Below, piece by piece: positions 37,095 through 49,680 of a stretch of 64,000 nt of DNA; within the stretch, counting starts at the first letter, position 1; each line of letters begins with the position of its first letter. Made by a program: the position numbers and the translations under genes. The notes beneath the pieces were generated by a model, which saw only the letters and a program-made list of their open reading frames with translations, did not search any database and had not been told where the DNA came from. Origin of the DNA: Leucoraja erinacea (Eukaryota); contig NW_026576274.1 in the NCBI RefSeq assembly GCF_028641065.1, forward strand, positions 62,001 to 126,000, in the 5' to 3' direction.

Positions 37095-38735
37095 AGGAAG
37101 AGTGACAGTGAGAGTGGGAGAGCAAAGGTGATGGAGTAATTGAGAGACGGGAGCGTCAGATAGGGAACGAGATGAGAGAAGATAATAAGAGGGGGAGAAT
37201 GGGTTAGACAGAGAGTGGGGGAGAACTTTCTAGATGGTGAGTATGATTGTGTGGAGAGAGACAGAGATAGAGAAAGCGAGAAAAGGAAAATATACCCATG
37301 GTGAGATGCAGGAAGAGTCCGAAAAATGTTGGGAGATTGAGATGAATGAGGAGAGGGGGGGTGGGTGTAGGTAATGGAGAGAGGTAGGGCGAATGGAGAG
37401 AAAGCGGTTCAGGCCGATAGGGCATTGTTGGTGGACAGAGAGTTAGAGGAGCAGATGGCAGTGATGCAACAGGAAAGAGAGAGTAGGGGATCAATAATAT
37501 GAGCGTGGAAGAGAGATATATGGGAACGAATAGAATTCGGATATAACGAGAGGTAGAGGGAGAGTGAAGAGCGACAGTGGAGCGACAGAGGTGGAATAGA
37601 TAGAAAGGCAGCGAGAATAAGGGAGAGAGAGAGGGAAGGGAGAGCGTGGCGACTGCGGGAAACAGGCGGCAAGGGGAAGGGAGTGACGAGTGACATATTG
37701 AGTGAGAGAGACATCGGGTTGAAAGAGTGGGAAATAGAGTGAAGTAGAGTGGGAAAGAGGGAACAAAGACATAGGGCGGGGCGAGGACGGAGGGGCTGGC
37801 GGTAAGATGTACAAAACGGGTGAAAGGAATCGAGGGAAGAAGAGGGCGAAGTGCAAGACAGCGGGAGATAGGTGATGTGAATCAAATGGAGGGAAATAGA
37901 TGAAAGGGTGAACGAAGAAAGCCAAATGGGTGAAGTCAAACAGGGAGTGATAGAGAGGGGGGTGCTGACAGCGCACGGCTGGGAGATATGGTTGCGAGAT
38001 GGGACATGAGAGAGTGAAGGATGGTGAGGGAATGGCAGGCACGGATGGAATGAGTGAGATGCATGGAGGAACGATCAGGGGAGAGAAGCGGAGGTACAGG
38101 ACAGTGCGCAAGTGCGAGACTTAGATCAAGCACAATTGAGCAGTGGCGAGCAATAAAAGAGGGCGGAGGTGGGACAAGCAATGTGAGATATTGCGGGGAG
38201 GGAAGGAGTGCGTAGAGTACATGAACCAGCGTAGACAGAAACAAGCAGAGGATTGAAAAGGAGGGTAGCGGGAAAGAGGGAAGGTTTTCCGGAGGCAGGG
38301 ATATAAAGTAAGACGGATGGGGAAACGATTAGTAGTAAGGGGCAGAGAATATGCGGAAATTCGAGTGATGGAAAGGGGAGTGCAATAGAGAAGGAGGGTC
38401 GAGTTAATCGAGTGACTAGAGGGTAGAGAGTCCAAGGGGGAGGGTGCCGGTTGCAGCAAGCAGGTGGCAGGCATATTGATATGGAGAAGAATCGGAGAGG
38501 GGAGAGAGAATGATGGTGAGATGTCAGAGGATGTAATAGAGGGAGGAGGTTATAGAAGAACGGGGAGCGAAGGAAAAGAGAGAAAGAAAAAGGAAGACAA
38601 GAGGGAAGGGCGGGAAATGTTAGGGGGACCAACATGCTTATTTACGACAAGGAAAAGGGAGAGGGATGAGAGATAAAGCAATTGACGGGGTGAATGGCGC
38701 GATCATATTGAGTGACGAAGCAGGGTGGGAGGACC
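37095..38735. repeat. Purine-rich low-complexity tract upstream of gene 2
   Basis: About 1.6 kb of G/A-skewed non-periodic sequence. Confidence 0.75.
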
Positions 38736-38999
38736 ATATCGTTTGCGGAGATCTGGTGAAACACATTTTCAACCTATGTTGAACATTTTCAGTCCAACTT
38801 AAACTGGGCACCTGAAGCTGTGAAATGTTCCTTGGAATTCGGGATTTCCTGCCAGAGTGAAGCGAATTGAATGAAGTCAGACACAAAACATGAGGCCTGA
38901 TGGATTTTGAAAGAATACCCATTTACTGGAACGATGCCGCCTCAAATTCCCATCCCTCAATATCGCCACCATTACCAGACCTAAATTATTCACAACTTG

Positions 39000-39117
39000 T
39001 CCCATGGGAAGATTGCACTTGGCTGATGTAATCTATTTGAGAATGATTTCAAAACCGCTGTTGTTTTAAATATTGCGAACCGTCACTGTCCCAGTGGAGA
39101 CGGTATGTGGTATAAAA
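39000..39117 (+). promoter_or_regulatory. Putative promoter of GPCR gene 2 (TCCCATGGGA, GTCCCAGTGGAGA, TATAAAA)
   Basis: Motifs at 39000-39009, 39088-39100 and 39111-39117. TATA is 87 nt before the ATG, as in gene 1. Confidence 0.6.
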
Positions 39118-39197
39118 TCTCCGGGAATGTTCTACCCAGGCATTTTACTCCGAGAGTTTATCGGTAGCTCACGGGTGCACGTCATTGCGCCGGGAAA

Positions 39198-41128
39198 ATG
39201 CTGAACGAATATTACAGAGTGGAGAAAATGTTGTACGTGATCATTGCTGCCATTGGAGTCCCCGGTAAGTGAGCAGAATAATTCAGGTTTCTAACTCTGT
39301 GTTAACCGACGTTGACCTGATTTTGATCATGTCACAAGTTTTCCCGTTGGTAATCGTAATAGAAGAATACGACAGTGATATCAATCATCTCAGTTAAATA
39401 TTTTGGAATTAACGCTGTGATTTATCTTATCATCAGACAGCTGAAACTGATTCTCTTTTTCACTCACTGCCGGAACCCAATAGAATGGTATTCTTGCCTT
39501 CAGTGGTACGTTGCCCAGAGTTGTGCTGGCGCTCGAATCAGGCAGCTCTCCGCCACGGTGTGACCTGGAGGGGTTAGCAATGTGAAGTTCACCGTGTCTG
39601 TAATATCAGAGCGAACACCTGGTCCCGTGAACACGTGTCACTGTGGAATCTGTCATAGTTGAATTCCATCGCCTGTTAGTCAATAAATGGATCGGTCACC
39701 TGAACCAGTGGCCGCGCATATACCGGCGTATGATGTAAACACATGTGAACTCACCGTGGAATGAATGAATCCATTAACGTAGCCAGTATTCGAAGTTGTC
39801 CCTCCCTTCCTCTGGAACCTTCCTCGTCCCCATAAAGTGCTGATTTCCCAGAACCCTAGTTAAACACAGCCGGTCATTATTAAGTCTGTGAAACCGGCGA
39901 TATCAGAGACTGTGGGCAGGGTTAACATTCCGCCTATTACAGCGGATGTCTGCTCCTTCTCTCCCCTTCCTTTATATTGCCCGTCGCCTTATCTATTTTC
40001 CCTTGAAGTAGGCAGATCAGGCAAAGTCTGAGCTGGGTCTGACATTGTTAAACTTGCAGCTACGCATAGACCCCGACACTCATGACCGTTTGCTGAAACT
40101 CGAGCCGATATTGAGCCCCGTAGACCGTGTTCGGTAATACCCAGTGTCCGATTCCTTCTCTTTCTGCAGTGAATTTAGCGGCGATTGTGATCTTGTCTCG
40201 GGGAAAGTGCGGCCTCTCCACCTGCACCACTCGCTACATCGTGGCCATGGCGGCGGCCGATCTATTGGTTCTTATCACCGAGGTAATTTTGTATCGGATT
40301 CGATATCATTACTTTTATTGGAGTTTCCTGTCCATCACCCCTGTGTGCAGTGTTATTCTTGCAATGACGTTTGCAGCTACAGACTGTTCTGTCTGGTTCA
40401 CTGTCACATTCACCTTTGATCGGTTTGTCGCCATTTGTTGCCAGAAACTGAAAACAAAATATTGCACCGGGACAACTGCGGCTGCGATTCTAGCAACAGC
40501 CGGCGTTCTGCACTGTCTGAAAGCCGTTCCCAACTTCTTCGCATATGAACCCTGGCGAATCAACCACAATATCCCGTGGGGTTGTAATGTGAGGGATAGT
40601 TATTTTATGGACCCTGGGTGGCTGACATTTGACTGGTTCTGCACAGTTGTAACACCGCTCCTCCCTTTCGCTATAATCCTGCTGCTCAACGCTCTGATAG
40701 TCCGGCACATTTTAGTGGCCAGTCGCGTCCGTAAGGAGCTGAGAGGTCAGAGCAAGGGGGAGAACCGCAGTGACCCGGAGATGGAGAGCAGGAGGCGGTC
40801 TGTTGTTTTACTTTTCACCATCTCCGGCAGCTTCATCCTCCTGTGGTTGACGCTGGTTGTAAACATCGTCTATTATCAGATCACAGGAACTGGAAATGTT
40901 GGGAGCGAATCTGAATGGATCTTTAACAAGGTTGGATTTTTGCTGAGGAATCTCAGCTGCTGCACGAACACATTCATTTACATGGCGACCCAGTCCAAGT
41001 TCAGGGAGCAGGTGAAGAACGCGGTTAAATATCCGATCACATCAGTGTTTCGGCTCATTAATAAATCCGCGCCCCGAGCGCACCCCAGCGGCGGCCGCAG
41101 TCTCTCCATTCCGGGCTCCGGCTCCTGA
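39198..41128 (+). CDS. Class A GPCR, GPR139/GPR142-like, gene 2; exons 39198-39264 and 40170-41128; 341 aa
   Basis: Exon 1 MLNEYYRVEKMLYVIIAAIGVP|gtaagt, acceptor ttctgcag|TGAAT. 7TM with FTFDRF and NTFIY; close paralogue of gene 1. Confidence 0.9.
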
Positions 41129-41189
41129 CATTCACCGCCGGATAGTTCAGGTGTCACCCCCGGGAGGATGATCCCATCGACGGCCCCGA

Positions 41190-41415
41190 TACGGGATCTG
41201 CACATTTCACCAAACGTCCTGTCTCCCTCAGCAGTGGAGGAGCGATCCGGGTAAACTCCGCCCTGGTACCAATCGTTCCGTCTCCCTCCGCAGTGGAGGA
41301 GCGGTCTGGGGTAAACTCCGCCCTAGTACCAATCGTCCCATCTCCCTCTGTAGTGCGGACCAATCTAGGGTGAACTCCGCTCTGGGACTAATTGTCATAT
41401 CTCCCTTGGCAGTTC
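41190..41415. repeat. 60-bp tandem repeat downstream of gene 2
   Basis: ggtaaactccgccct.gtaccaatcgt.cc.tctccct units at 41250, 41310 and 41370. Confidence 0.85.
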
Positions 41416-41427
41416 AGATCTACTTCT

Positions 41428-41478
41428 GGAACGTGCCTAGAACGTGCCTAGAACGTGCCTAGAACGTGCCTAGAACGT
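41428..41478. repeat. 11-bp minisatellite (ctagaacgtgc)n
   Basis: About 4.5 exact units. Confidence 0.9.
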
Positions 41479-41569
41479 CCAATCTCACATTTGTGACTGC
41501 TCCGTCTGGTATGACCCCCCCCCTCCCCCGGGACCACCGTAATCAAGTTAAAGTGATGCCATGCTGCAT

Positions 41570-41967
41570 GCACTTTCATCAGCCCATCGGCCCAACTCGC
41601 CCACTGCAACCAACATGCGCCATGTACACTAGTCCCACCAGTCTGCGTTTGGCCCAACTCCCCTCTGCTATCTGCCCCATCCCCGTACCTGTCCAAATAT
41701 TTATTTGTGAATTACCAAACTACCTCCTCCGACAGCTCTCCCATACATCCAGAACCCTTTGTGTACAACTAGTTAATTCTCAGGTTCCGATTCAAGCAGT
41801 CCCGCCTCACTTTAAACAACTGTGCCGTAAATCTCCATCCGCCTGCTCTGCGCAAGAGACACAGTGCGTCTAACCAAATTATTCCTCTCATGATTTTATA
41901 CATCACTATAAGAGGTGGGGAAAAGGACAATGGGGACCCGGCGAGGCGGGACCGCTGTAGGGTTTGT

Positions 41968-41999
<32 letters not shown>

Positions 42000-42395
42000 A
42001 AAAGGGATAGCCGGCTTTGCTTTGTAACTTTGTCATATGTGGCTTTTATTTGCATACATTGTGTATGCAATCAAAAATTATCACTATGCCTAGTTACTCT
42101 TATTCCTAATTCCTATTCCTAAAATCACCCCTCATCTTGCTGCGCTCTAGGGTGCAGAGTCCCAGCCTGCTCAATCTCTCCCTGTAGATTGGGCCCCGAG
42201 AGTTCCGGCAAAATCCTCGTAAATGTCTCCATCAACATCTTTACAGTAACATGGTGTCCAGAACTGAACACCATCCTCTAATGGTGACCTCTTACGTAAC
42301 TGCAACATGACCTCTCAACTTCGATACTCAATACTTTGAATGATGAAGGCTGACGTTTAATAGCATGTTGACCACCCTATCTACTGTACATGTGA
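41570..42395 (-). mobile_element. Degraded CR1-type 3' fragment
   Basis: Reverse complement of the VQFW / LERRRMRGD region and 3' UTR, interrupted at 41910-42120. Confidence 0.6.
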
Positions 42396-43542
42396 TCTCA
42401 CGTTCACAGAACAATGCACACGAATCCCTAAATCCCTCTGCTCCACACCACTCTCTATGCACCCGCGACGTCATCTTCAGGAAATTGTGTACCTGCACGC
42501 ACAGATGCTCTACTCGTCAATACTCCCCATCTATATGTGACGTCACGTTCAGGGACCTACTTGCGTGAACTGCGAGACTCGGAGCGGAAATCGCTATCAA
42601 AATATGGAGGGGACAGGGGGACACAATTACTTGGCGGCCTCGCGCATGCGCACACTCACACACGCACATGCGCGAAACTACGGAGGCTCAATCCAACGCT
42701 AAATGCAGCTCAAATCTGCCTGTCTCGCTGGGTTAACTACAGCCCTGTCTGGACTGACGGGACACCAGTGCTGCTTCTCCGCACTGGCCATATTTCCAGC
42801 AAGCCCAGGCAGGTTCACCTGGCGGACAGGCAAAGTTGAGATAGGATTAGCGCTGCTTCTCTGCGCTTGCTGTGGGCTGGGGGCACCTCCCGCGTTTGAC
42901 TCCCGACCTCGCTTGGGGGGGGGGGGGGGGGGGGTGGCACTCGGTGGGGACGGGGTCGATCCTGGCTGCGTATGAAGCGCAGGTGTGTGCCACCTCTCCC
43001 TCCTCTAATCCCCGCGTTCTATCCTCAGTTCCACCCCCTCCCCCACTCCTCCCTCCTCCAATCATTGCGCTGAATCATCAAGTCCCGCCGCCATTGCCTG
43101 CTGAGCGATGCCTCTCTCGTCCAAACGCCGCCCTCGATTATCAGTCACATCCCCATTGCCTCGCGGAACGCGGACATTTTAAAATCGGGACCACAAAAAC
43201 TTGGGGGTGGGAGGGGGATGTCCACCACCTCTAAAACATGGGGGGGGGGCGGGGGTTTACTTGGCCCCGCTGCCCCCCACCCCGGTTTTCCGACCAGGGA
43301 GAGAGTCCCCTTTACTCTGCTACACGTCCCCGAGCTCAAAATATTTGTCCAACCTCCCACTAGTGACTGGTCAGTCCGGTGATCCCTTCCTCCAAGGACT
43401 AGTGCCCAACTCCGCCGTGATCCAACTCTTGAGCTTTCCCTCGAAGTCGGTCGTCATTGGGTCAACTTCATCCACCCACCCACGCGACTCCGACACTTTA
43501 GCTGCTCGTTTTCCCCCAGAGTAAGACAGTACGCATTATTTT

Positions 43543-43579
<37 letters not shown>

Positions 43580-43659
43580 ACACCCACGATTGGCACCTCT
43601 TCGAAGTGACGATGGTGCTTCTGTTGGGAATATACAATAAATAGGCGTCTGGAGGATGC

Positions 43660-43753
43660 TCAGTGTGTGACTCTTCGGTATAACTAGATGTAGCCCAGCT
43701 CTTGTTACTTTTTCTCTGAGGCGTAGACATACTTGTCACTGTAGATCACCCAC
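43660..43753 (-). pseudogene. Orphan terminal exon of USP5/USP13-like gene (copy 2, two stops, acceptor lost)
   Basis: WVIYSDKYVYASEKK*QELGYI*LYRRVTH* aligns without gaps, stop included, to the recalled USP5 C-terminus. Acceptor is cat instead of cag. Confidence 0.8.
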
Positions 43754-44755
43754 ATGTGGGGATAGGATGGAGAGAAAGGGGGCGAGTGGGGATAGAGAGC
43801 GACCATGGGCAAAAAGCGAGAGGAGAATGGGAGCGAAGGAACGGTTTGATTGGCAGAGGTGGACGGTATGAGGCCGTGGAAGGGGAGGTGGAGAAAGAGG
43901 AAGCAGTGTGATGCGGGAGAAAGATGATGGGGGAAAAGGAAATATGGGACTCAGGGTGAGCAATGGAGGGAGTGGTGAAGGGAGGGAGGAAGATGATGAG
44001 GGCAGGGAGGGTGCGGAGTAATGGGGATAGAGGAGGAGGGAAAAGAGAGAGTGGGATGAGGGGGAGGAAGCGGTGTGGTGTGAGATGGAGAACGGGAGGG
44101 AATAGAAGGAGGGGTGTAATGGGGAGAGATGGCGAAGAGGTGGGGAGAGGAGGAGTAGGGAATAGCTGGAGCGGGTAGGAAAATAGACAGCGCAGTATGT
44201 GAATGGAGAGGAATGGGGAGAAAGGAGGGGAGAGTGTATGGAATAGAGAGAGATGGGGAGAGTAGGCGGGAGAGGGGAAAACGCGAGAGGAAGAGGAGAG
44301 AGAGTGAGTGGGAGAGGTGGGAGGAGGGGAGAAGGAGGGGATAGGAGAACGTGAATGGACGAGAGAGGAAATGGTGGCTAGTTTGGAGGGGCGAAATGGA
44401 GAGTATGGGAGAGAGCGGATGAGTGGAGAGTTGGGAATGGATGGAAGGAATGGATGAGCGAGAGTGGGTTGGCCGGAGTGGACGGGGGAGAGTGGATAGG
44501 AGAAAGTGGATTGCAGAAGGTGAAATGTGTGGGTGGATGGGAGATAATGGATGAGAGAGGAAAGAGTATCGATAGTGTGAGGGGGTGGGCGAGGGAGAAC
44601 GTTGTACCAGATGAGGGAGGCAGTGGATAGTAAAGGGACATTGAGGGGAGTATGGAAGGGAGAGCGGAGGAGGAGTTTGTATGGGACGGAAGGCTTGGAG
44701 AGTGTGTGTGGGTGAGTGGAGGAGCATAAAGAGTGAATGGGAGACTGTAGAATGG
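43754..44755. repeat. Purine-rich tract (intron of USP5-like fragment, copy 2)
   Basis: G/A skew starts at the exon boundary, as at 21011. Confidence 0.65.
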
Positions 44756-44814
44756 TTACTTCTTAGTAACCAATTGTAGTGCTTGTTAGTAGAAGCTCCG
44801 CCTACTATGCGATT

Positions 44815-45670
44815 TATGGACGAGGGAATTGAATGCAACATCTCTAAGTTTGCGGATGACACGAATCTGGGGGGCAACGTTTGCTGTGAGGAGGATGCTA
44901 GGAGGCTGCAAGGTGACTTGGGTAGGTTGGGTGAGTGGGCAAATGCATGGCAGTTGCAGTATAATGTGGATAAATGTGATGTTATCCAATTTGGTGGCAA
45001 AAAGTAGACTTTTATTTGAATGATTAGGAAAAGGGGAGATGCAACGACACCTGTGTGTCATGGCACACCAGTCATTGAAAATAGGAGCAGGGAGGTTCTA
45101 CTGCAGTGTACAGGATCTTGGTGAGCCCACACCTGGAGCATTGCGTACAGTTTCGGTCTCCTAATCTGAGGAAAGACATTCTTGCAATAGAAGGAGTAAA
45201 GAGAAGGTTCACCACACTGATTCCTGGGGTGTCAGGACTTTCATATGAAGAAAGACTGGATAGACTCGGCGTGTACTCGCTAGAATTTGGAAGATTGAAG
45301 GGGTATCTTATAGACATTTACAAAATTCTTAAGGGGTTGGCAGGAAGATTGTTCCCGATGTTGGGGAAGTCCAGAACAAGAGATCACAGTTTAAGGATAA
45401 GGGGGAAGTCTTTAGGGACCGAGATGAGAAAACATTTTTCACACAGAGGGTGGTGAATCTCTGGAATTCTCTTCCACAGAAGGTAGTTGAGGGCAGTTCC
45501 TTCGTTATATTTAAGATGGAGTTAGATATGGCTCATGTGGCTAAAGGGATCGGAGAGAAGGCAGGTACAGGATACTGAGTTGGATGATCAGGCATAATCA
45601 TATTGAACGGCGGTGCAGGTTCGAAGGGCCGAATGGCCTACTCATGAACCTAGTTTCTATGTTTCTATGC
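44815..45670 (+). mobile_element. CR1 subfamily A 3' fragment with deletions
   Basis: ISKFADDT, LVSPHLEHCVQF, and a tttctatg tail. Confidence 0.9.
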
Positions 45671-46305
45671 TTCTGTGTTTATATTATCAGAATTTAGTGT
45701 ATTCAATTATTTAGCTGTTAAGCTTGCTGCAACACCATGCTGATGTACGCCGTAAGGAGCCTTTAATAAACATGTTGTAACCTGATGTGCATATGACTGG
45801 CTTTGCTACATGATGCCAAGAACTGGCTTCATGCCCACTCCTTTTTTAACTTTATCGGGGTTTATTTTTTTCCAACCAGTTTTATGTGCTTGTTATCTCT
45901 ATCATGGCAAACTCATCTCGCCCAGATCCAGTGCTTTGATCTTTGACTCTGACATCGCCGAACAATGACGCCTCTTCGAGCGCGAATATATCCACTACAT
46001 TCGTATTGTTCATGGCAACATCCACCAGTACGTGCTTCCGCACTCTTAAATCTTGCAGGCCCCGTAGCAACGAAGCGTTTGAATTACGCGCCTGCTGTTT
46101 TAGACCACAACAATCAGATTGCAGAAACAATTGACGAACCTACAGTGTTAATCGCAAATTGCAGACAGCCATGCGACCTCCGAGCCAACTCTATAAGCGA
46201 ACGCACCAGTTTTTTTTCTCTCGTTTCCAGCAACAAGATTTTGCCGATTGCGCGTTTTTTAAGTGAATTGAAACACATGCTGCAAGCTGCCGCTTTGGTG
46301 ATTTA

Positions 46306-46501
46306 CGTGTTTAAGAAGGAACTGCAGATGCTGGAAAATCGAAGGTTCACAAAACAGGCTGGAGAAACTCAGCGAGTGCAGCAGCATCCATGGAGCGAAG
46401 GAAACAGGCAACGTTTCGGGCTTAAACCCTTCTAGTTGCCTAGTTCCTTCTCTCCATAGATGCTGCTGCACCTGCTGAGCTTCTCCAGCTTATTTGTGTA
46501 C
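46306..46501. mobile_element. Penelope-like inverted terminal-repeat insertion with 13-bp TSD
   Basis: Arms 46342-46411 and 46436-46504 are inverted. TSD ctttggtgattta at 46293 and 46502. Confidence 0.7.
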
Positions 46502-47536
46502 CTTTGGTGATTTATGAGACGGGCTGATCCGCAATGAACTTGCAGGAAGTTTATTCAGAGACAAAGTGCTAGATGGATTCCTCAGGAACACTGAATTGAC
46601 TCTAAATCAAGCCAAGCACGACTGCAGAATTGCTGAAAAACTGCCTCTGACACAAGGTCTGCAAGCTCTGGGCAACGTTCGCAGTATAGTCAAGCCTTCA
46701 TAGCCTTCCCCTCCCTGGCAGCCTCAAAGGTCTATTGCTCGGTGCCCTAACTGTAACAACTCCCATGCTCCAGGTCTGGAATTCTGCGCCGCTTATGGAC
46801 AGATTTGCCACTACTGTAACATGTTAACCCACTTCGTAACGACTCCCTCCTCCCTTCCACTAACAAGCAACACGACCCTGAAGTCACCCTGATTATTAAC
46901 AGCAATAATGCACTTGCTAAGGTTGATCCAGGAGCAAAATGTAATGTCCTGTCCTTATCTGAATATTAACGGATACATAATGCTGAGCACGTTGCAAAAA
47001 CTACGGCCACATTACGGGCCCCTGGGTGTGAGTACCTACTGGGAGAAACTGAATTGAACTGCATCGTAGACTCGCAGTCTCACACACTCAAGTTTTTTTT
47101 TTATTGTCCGAAGGGAATCTGCAACTCTGCTTGATATCAATGCATGCCACGATCTGGGCCTAGTCTCCTTTGGGCCTGCTGTCCATCAAGTTTTCCACAC
47201 TGAGTGCTCGACTCAGCAGATACTCTCTCAGTACAATGAACTGTTTGACGACGAATTTGGAAAGTTGCCCCTCAAATAAAATATCGCCGTGGATCCCTAT
47301 ATCACTTCTGTGGTCCAAGCTCCACATCGTTTTCCACATGCCAAGTGCGTCAGAGTGCACAATGAGCTCCAGCGGATGGTGTCCCTGTGTGTCATAGCTA
47401 CGGTTACTGACCCATCTGATTGGGTTTCCACCACGGTGGTTGCAACAAAGAAAAAAAAGGAATACATCCTAATCTGCATCAACCCCAGACACCTAAACAC
47501 AGCGATCAAACACCCAGACTAACCGAATGAGAATTG

Positions 47537-47660
47537 TAAGAAGGAACTGCAGATGCTGGTAAAATCGAACGTGGACACAAAATGGTAGAGTATCTCAGCG
47601 GGTGAGGCAGCATCTATGGACAGAAGGAATGGGCGACGTTTCGGGTCGAGACCTTTCCGG
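47537..47660 (-). repeat. Penelope-like terminal repeat
   Basis: aagaaggaactgcagatgctgg...gacgtttcgggtcgagacc, the same family as 46306. Confidence 0.65.
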
Positions 47661-47782
47661 TGGGGTGAGAGGGACAGGAAAGGGGAGAAGATCAGAAGCT
47701 GGGACCGAGACTGGGATAGGGACAGGGGTTGCGACAAGGGAAGGGGCTGGGACTGGGACTGGGGCTGGGGCTGGAACTGGGA

Positions 47783-48150
47783 AATTACATAATTCTTAAG
47801 AGGTTGGACAGGCTAGATGCAAGAAGATTGTTTCCGATGTTGGGTAAGTCCAGAACAAGGGATCACAGTTTACGGATAATGGGGAAGTATTTTAGGACCG
47901 AGATGGGAATTTATTTTTCACACAGAGTGGTGAATCTGTGGAATTCTCTTCCACAGAAGGTAGTTGAGGCCAGTTCATTTGCTATATTTAAGAGAGGGTT
48001 AGATGTGGCCCTTGTGGCTAAAGGGATCAGGGGGTCTGGAGACAGGATACTGAGTTGGATGATCAGCCGTGATCTAATTGAATGGCGGTGCTGACGAAGG
48101 GCTGAATGGCGTACTCCTGCACCTATTGTCCATGTTTATATGTTTCTATG
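47783..48150 (+). mobile_element. CR1 subfamily A 3' fragment
   Basis: ILKRLDRLDA..RVVNLWNSLP plus 3' UTR and tail. Confidence 0.9.
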
Positions 48151-48924
48151 CGAGGAGGTTGCTGCTCATTGGCAGTGCATCTGTGTTCTCTGTTCTGTAT
48201 GCCAAAAGTTCGTTTTGGTAGATCCCGCTGGACTCCGACTCGTCCAACCTATCCACGTTCAACAGCCTCTTCGGCCGTTAGAACTTCTTGAGAATTCCCT
48301 TCGGCATCAACTCTGCCAGCAAAGTTTTCCAGCGCACAATGGAACAATTGTTTACGGGGTGTCCGTGCACCATCATTGTCGATGACCAACTTGCTTACGG
48401 CCAACACATGGCTGAACCTGACGCCAATCTGAAGAGATTACTACACCGTACTAAAAACATTAATCTCAATCAATCCTCAGAAATGTAACTTTTGGGTCGC
48501 TGCGTTTACCTATGTTCGACATGTTTTCACCAGTGATGGCTTCAGACCAGACCCATCCAAGACTATTGCCATCAACGAGATGCAGGTTCCTACTGACGTT
48601 ACGAGTTTACAGAGAGTCTTTGAAATACCGGGCGATAAATCTGGCAACCTCAGCGATAAATCTGCCCCCCTCCCCTCCCCCCGTCTGGAACTGGCACACA
48701 AAGACACTACCTGGTCTTGGTATTCGCAGCACCAGAGAGCATTTGAGATCCTCAAGTTGCACCCTCGCTTTCTTTGCTTTAAAGTTGCCAGTGACGCTGA
48801 CATGTGATCCGTTCCTATACGGACTTGGGGCTGCTTGCCCACAAACTTCCACAAGCCTGCTGCATACGCCCCCGCACCCTGACCGACCCTGAACAACGTT
48901 ATGCCCAAATTGAAAAGGAAGTAC

Positions 48925-49680
48925 TTACATAGAAACATAGAAAATAGGTGCAGGAGAAGGCCATTCCGCCATTCGAGCCTGCACCGCTATTCAATATGAT
49001 CATGGCTGATCATCCAACTCAGTATCCCGTACCTTCCTTCTCTCCATACCCCCTTATCCCTTTAGCCACAAGGGCAACATCTAACTCTCTCTTAAATATA
49101 GCCAATGAACTGGGCTCAACTACCTTCTGTGGCAGAGAGTTCCAGAGATTCACCACTCTCTGTTTGACATATGTTTTTCACATCTCGTTCCTATAAGATT
49201 TCCCCTTTATCATAAAACTGTGACCCCTTGTCCTGGACTTCCCCAACAATGGGATCAATCTTCCTGCATCTAGGCTGTCCAACCACTTAAGAATTTTGTA
49301 AGTTTCTGGAAGATCCTCTCTCAATCTTCTGAAGTCTAGAGAGTACAAGCCGAGTCTATCAAGTCTTTCTTCATATGAAAGTCCTGACACCCCAGGAATC
49401 AGTCTGGTGAACCTTCTCTGTACTCCTTCAATGGCAAGAATGTATTTCCTCAGATTAGGAGACCAAAACTGTCCGCAATACTCCAATGGTCTGGTCTCAC
49501 CAAAACCCTGTACAACTGCAGTAGAATGTACCCGCTCTTATATTGAAATCCTTTGGCTATGAATGCTAACATACCATTCGCTTTCTTCACTGCCTGCTGC
49601 ACCTGCATGCCTATTTTCAATGAATAGGTGTACCATGACACACAAGTCTCGTTGCATCGCCCCTTTTCCAAATCGGCCAC
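48925..49680 (-). mobile_element. CR1 subfamily A 3' fragment
   Basis: EYCGQFWSP..EGVQRRFTRLIPG and (catagaaa) tail; splits Gypsy RNase H. Confidence 0.9.

Noticed and set aside
43544-43579. Long G/C homopolymers (also ~5155, ~27242, ~41968)
   Set aside because: They lie within repeats, their lengths are unreliable, and nothing indicates function.
43951-45000. 349-aa Pro/Ser/Leu/His-rich ORF and similar ORFs at 37.2-38.6 kb
   Set aside because: These arise from stop-poor pyrimidine-rich low complexity plus antisense CR1, with no domain signal.
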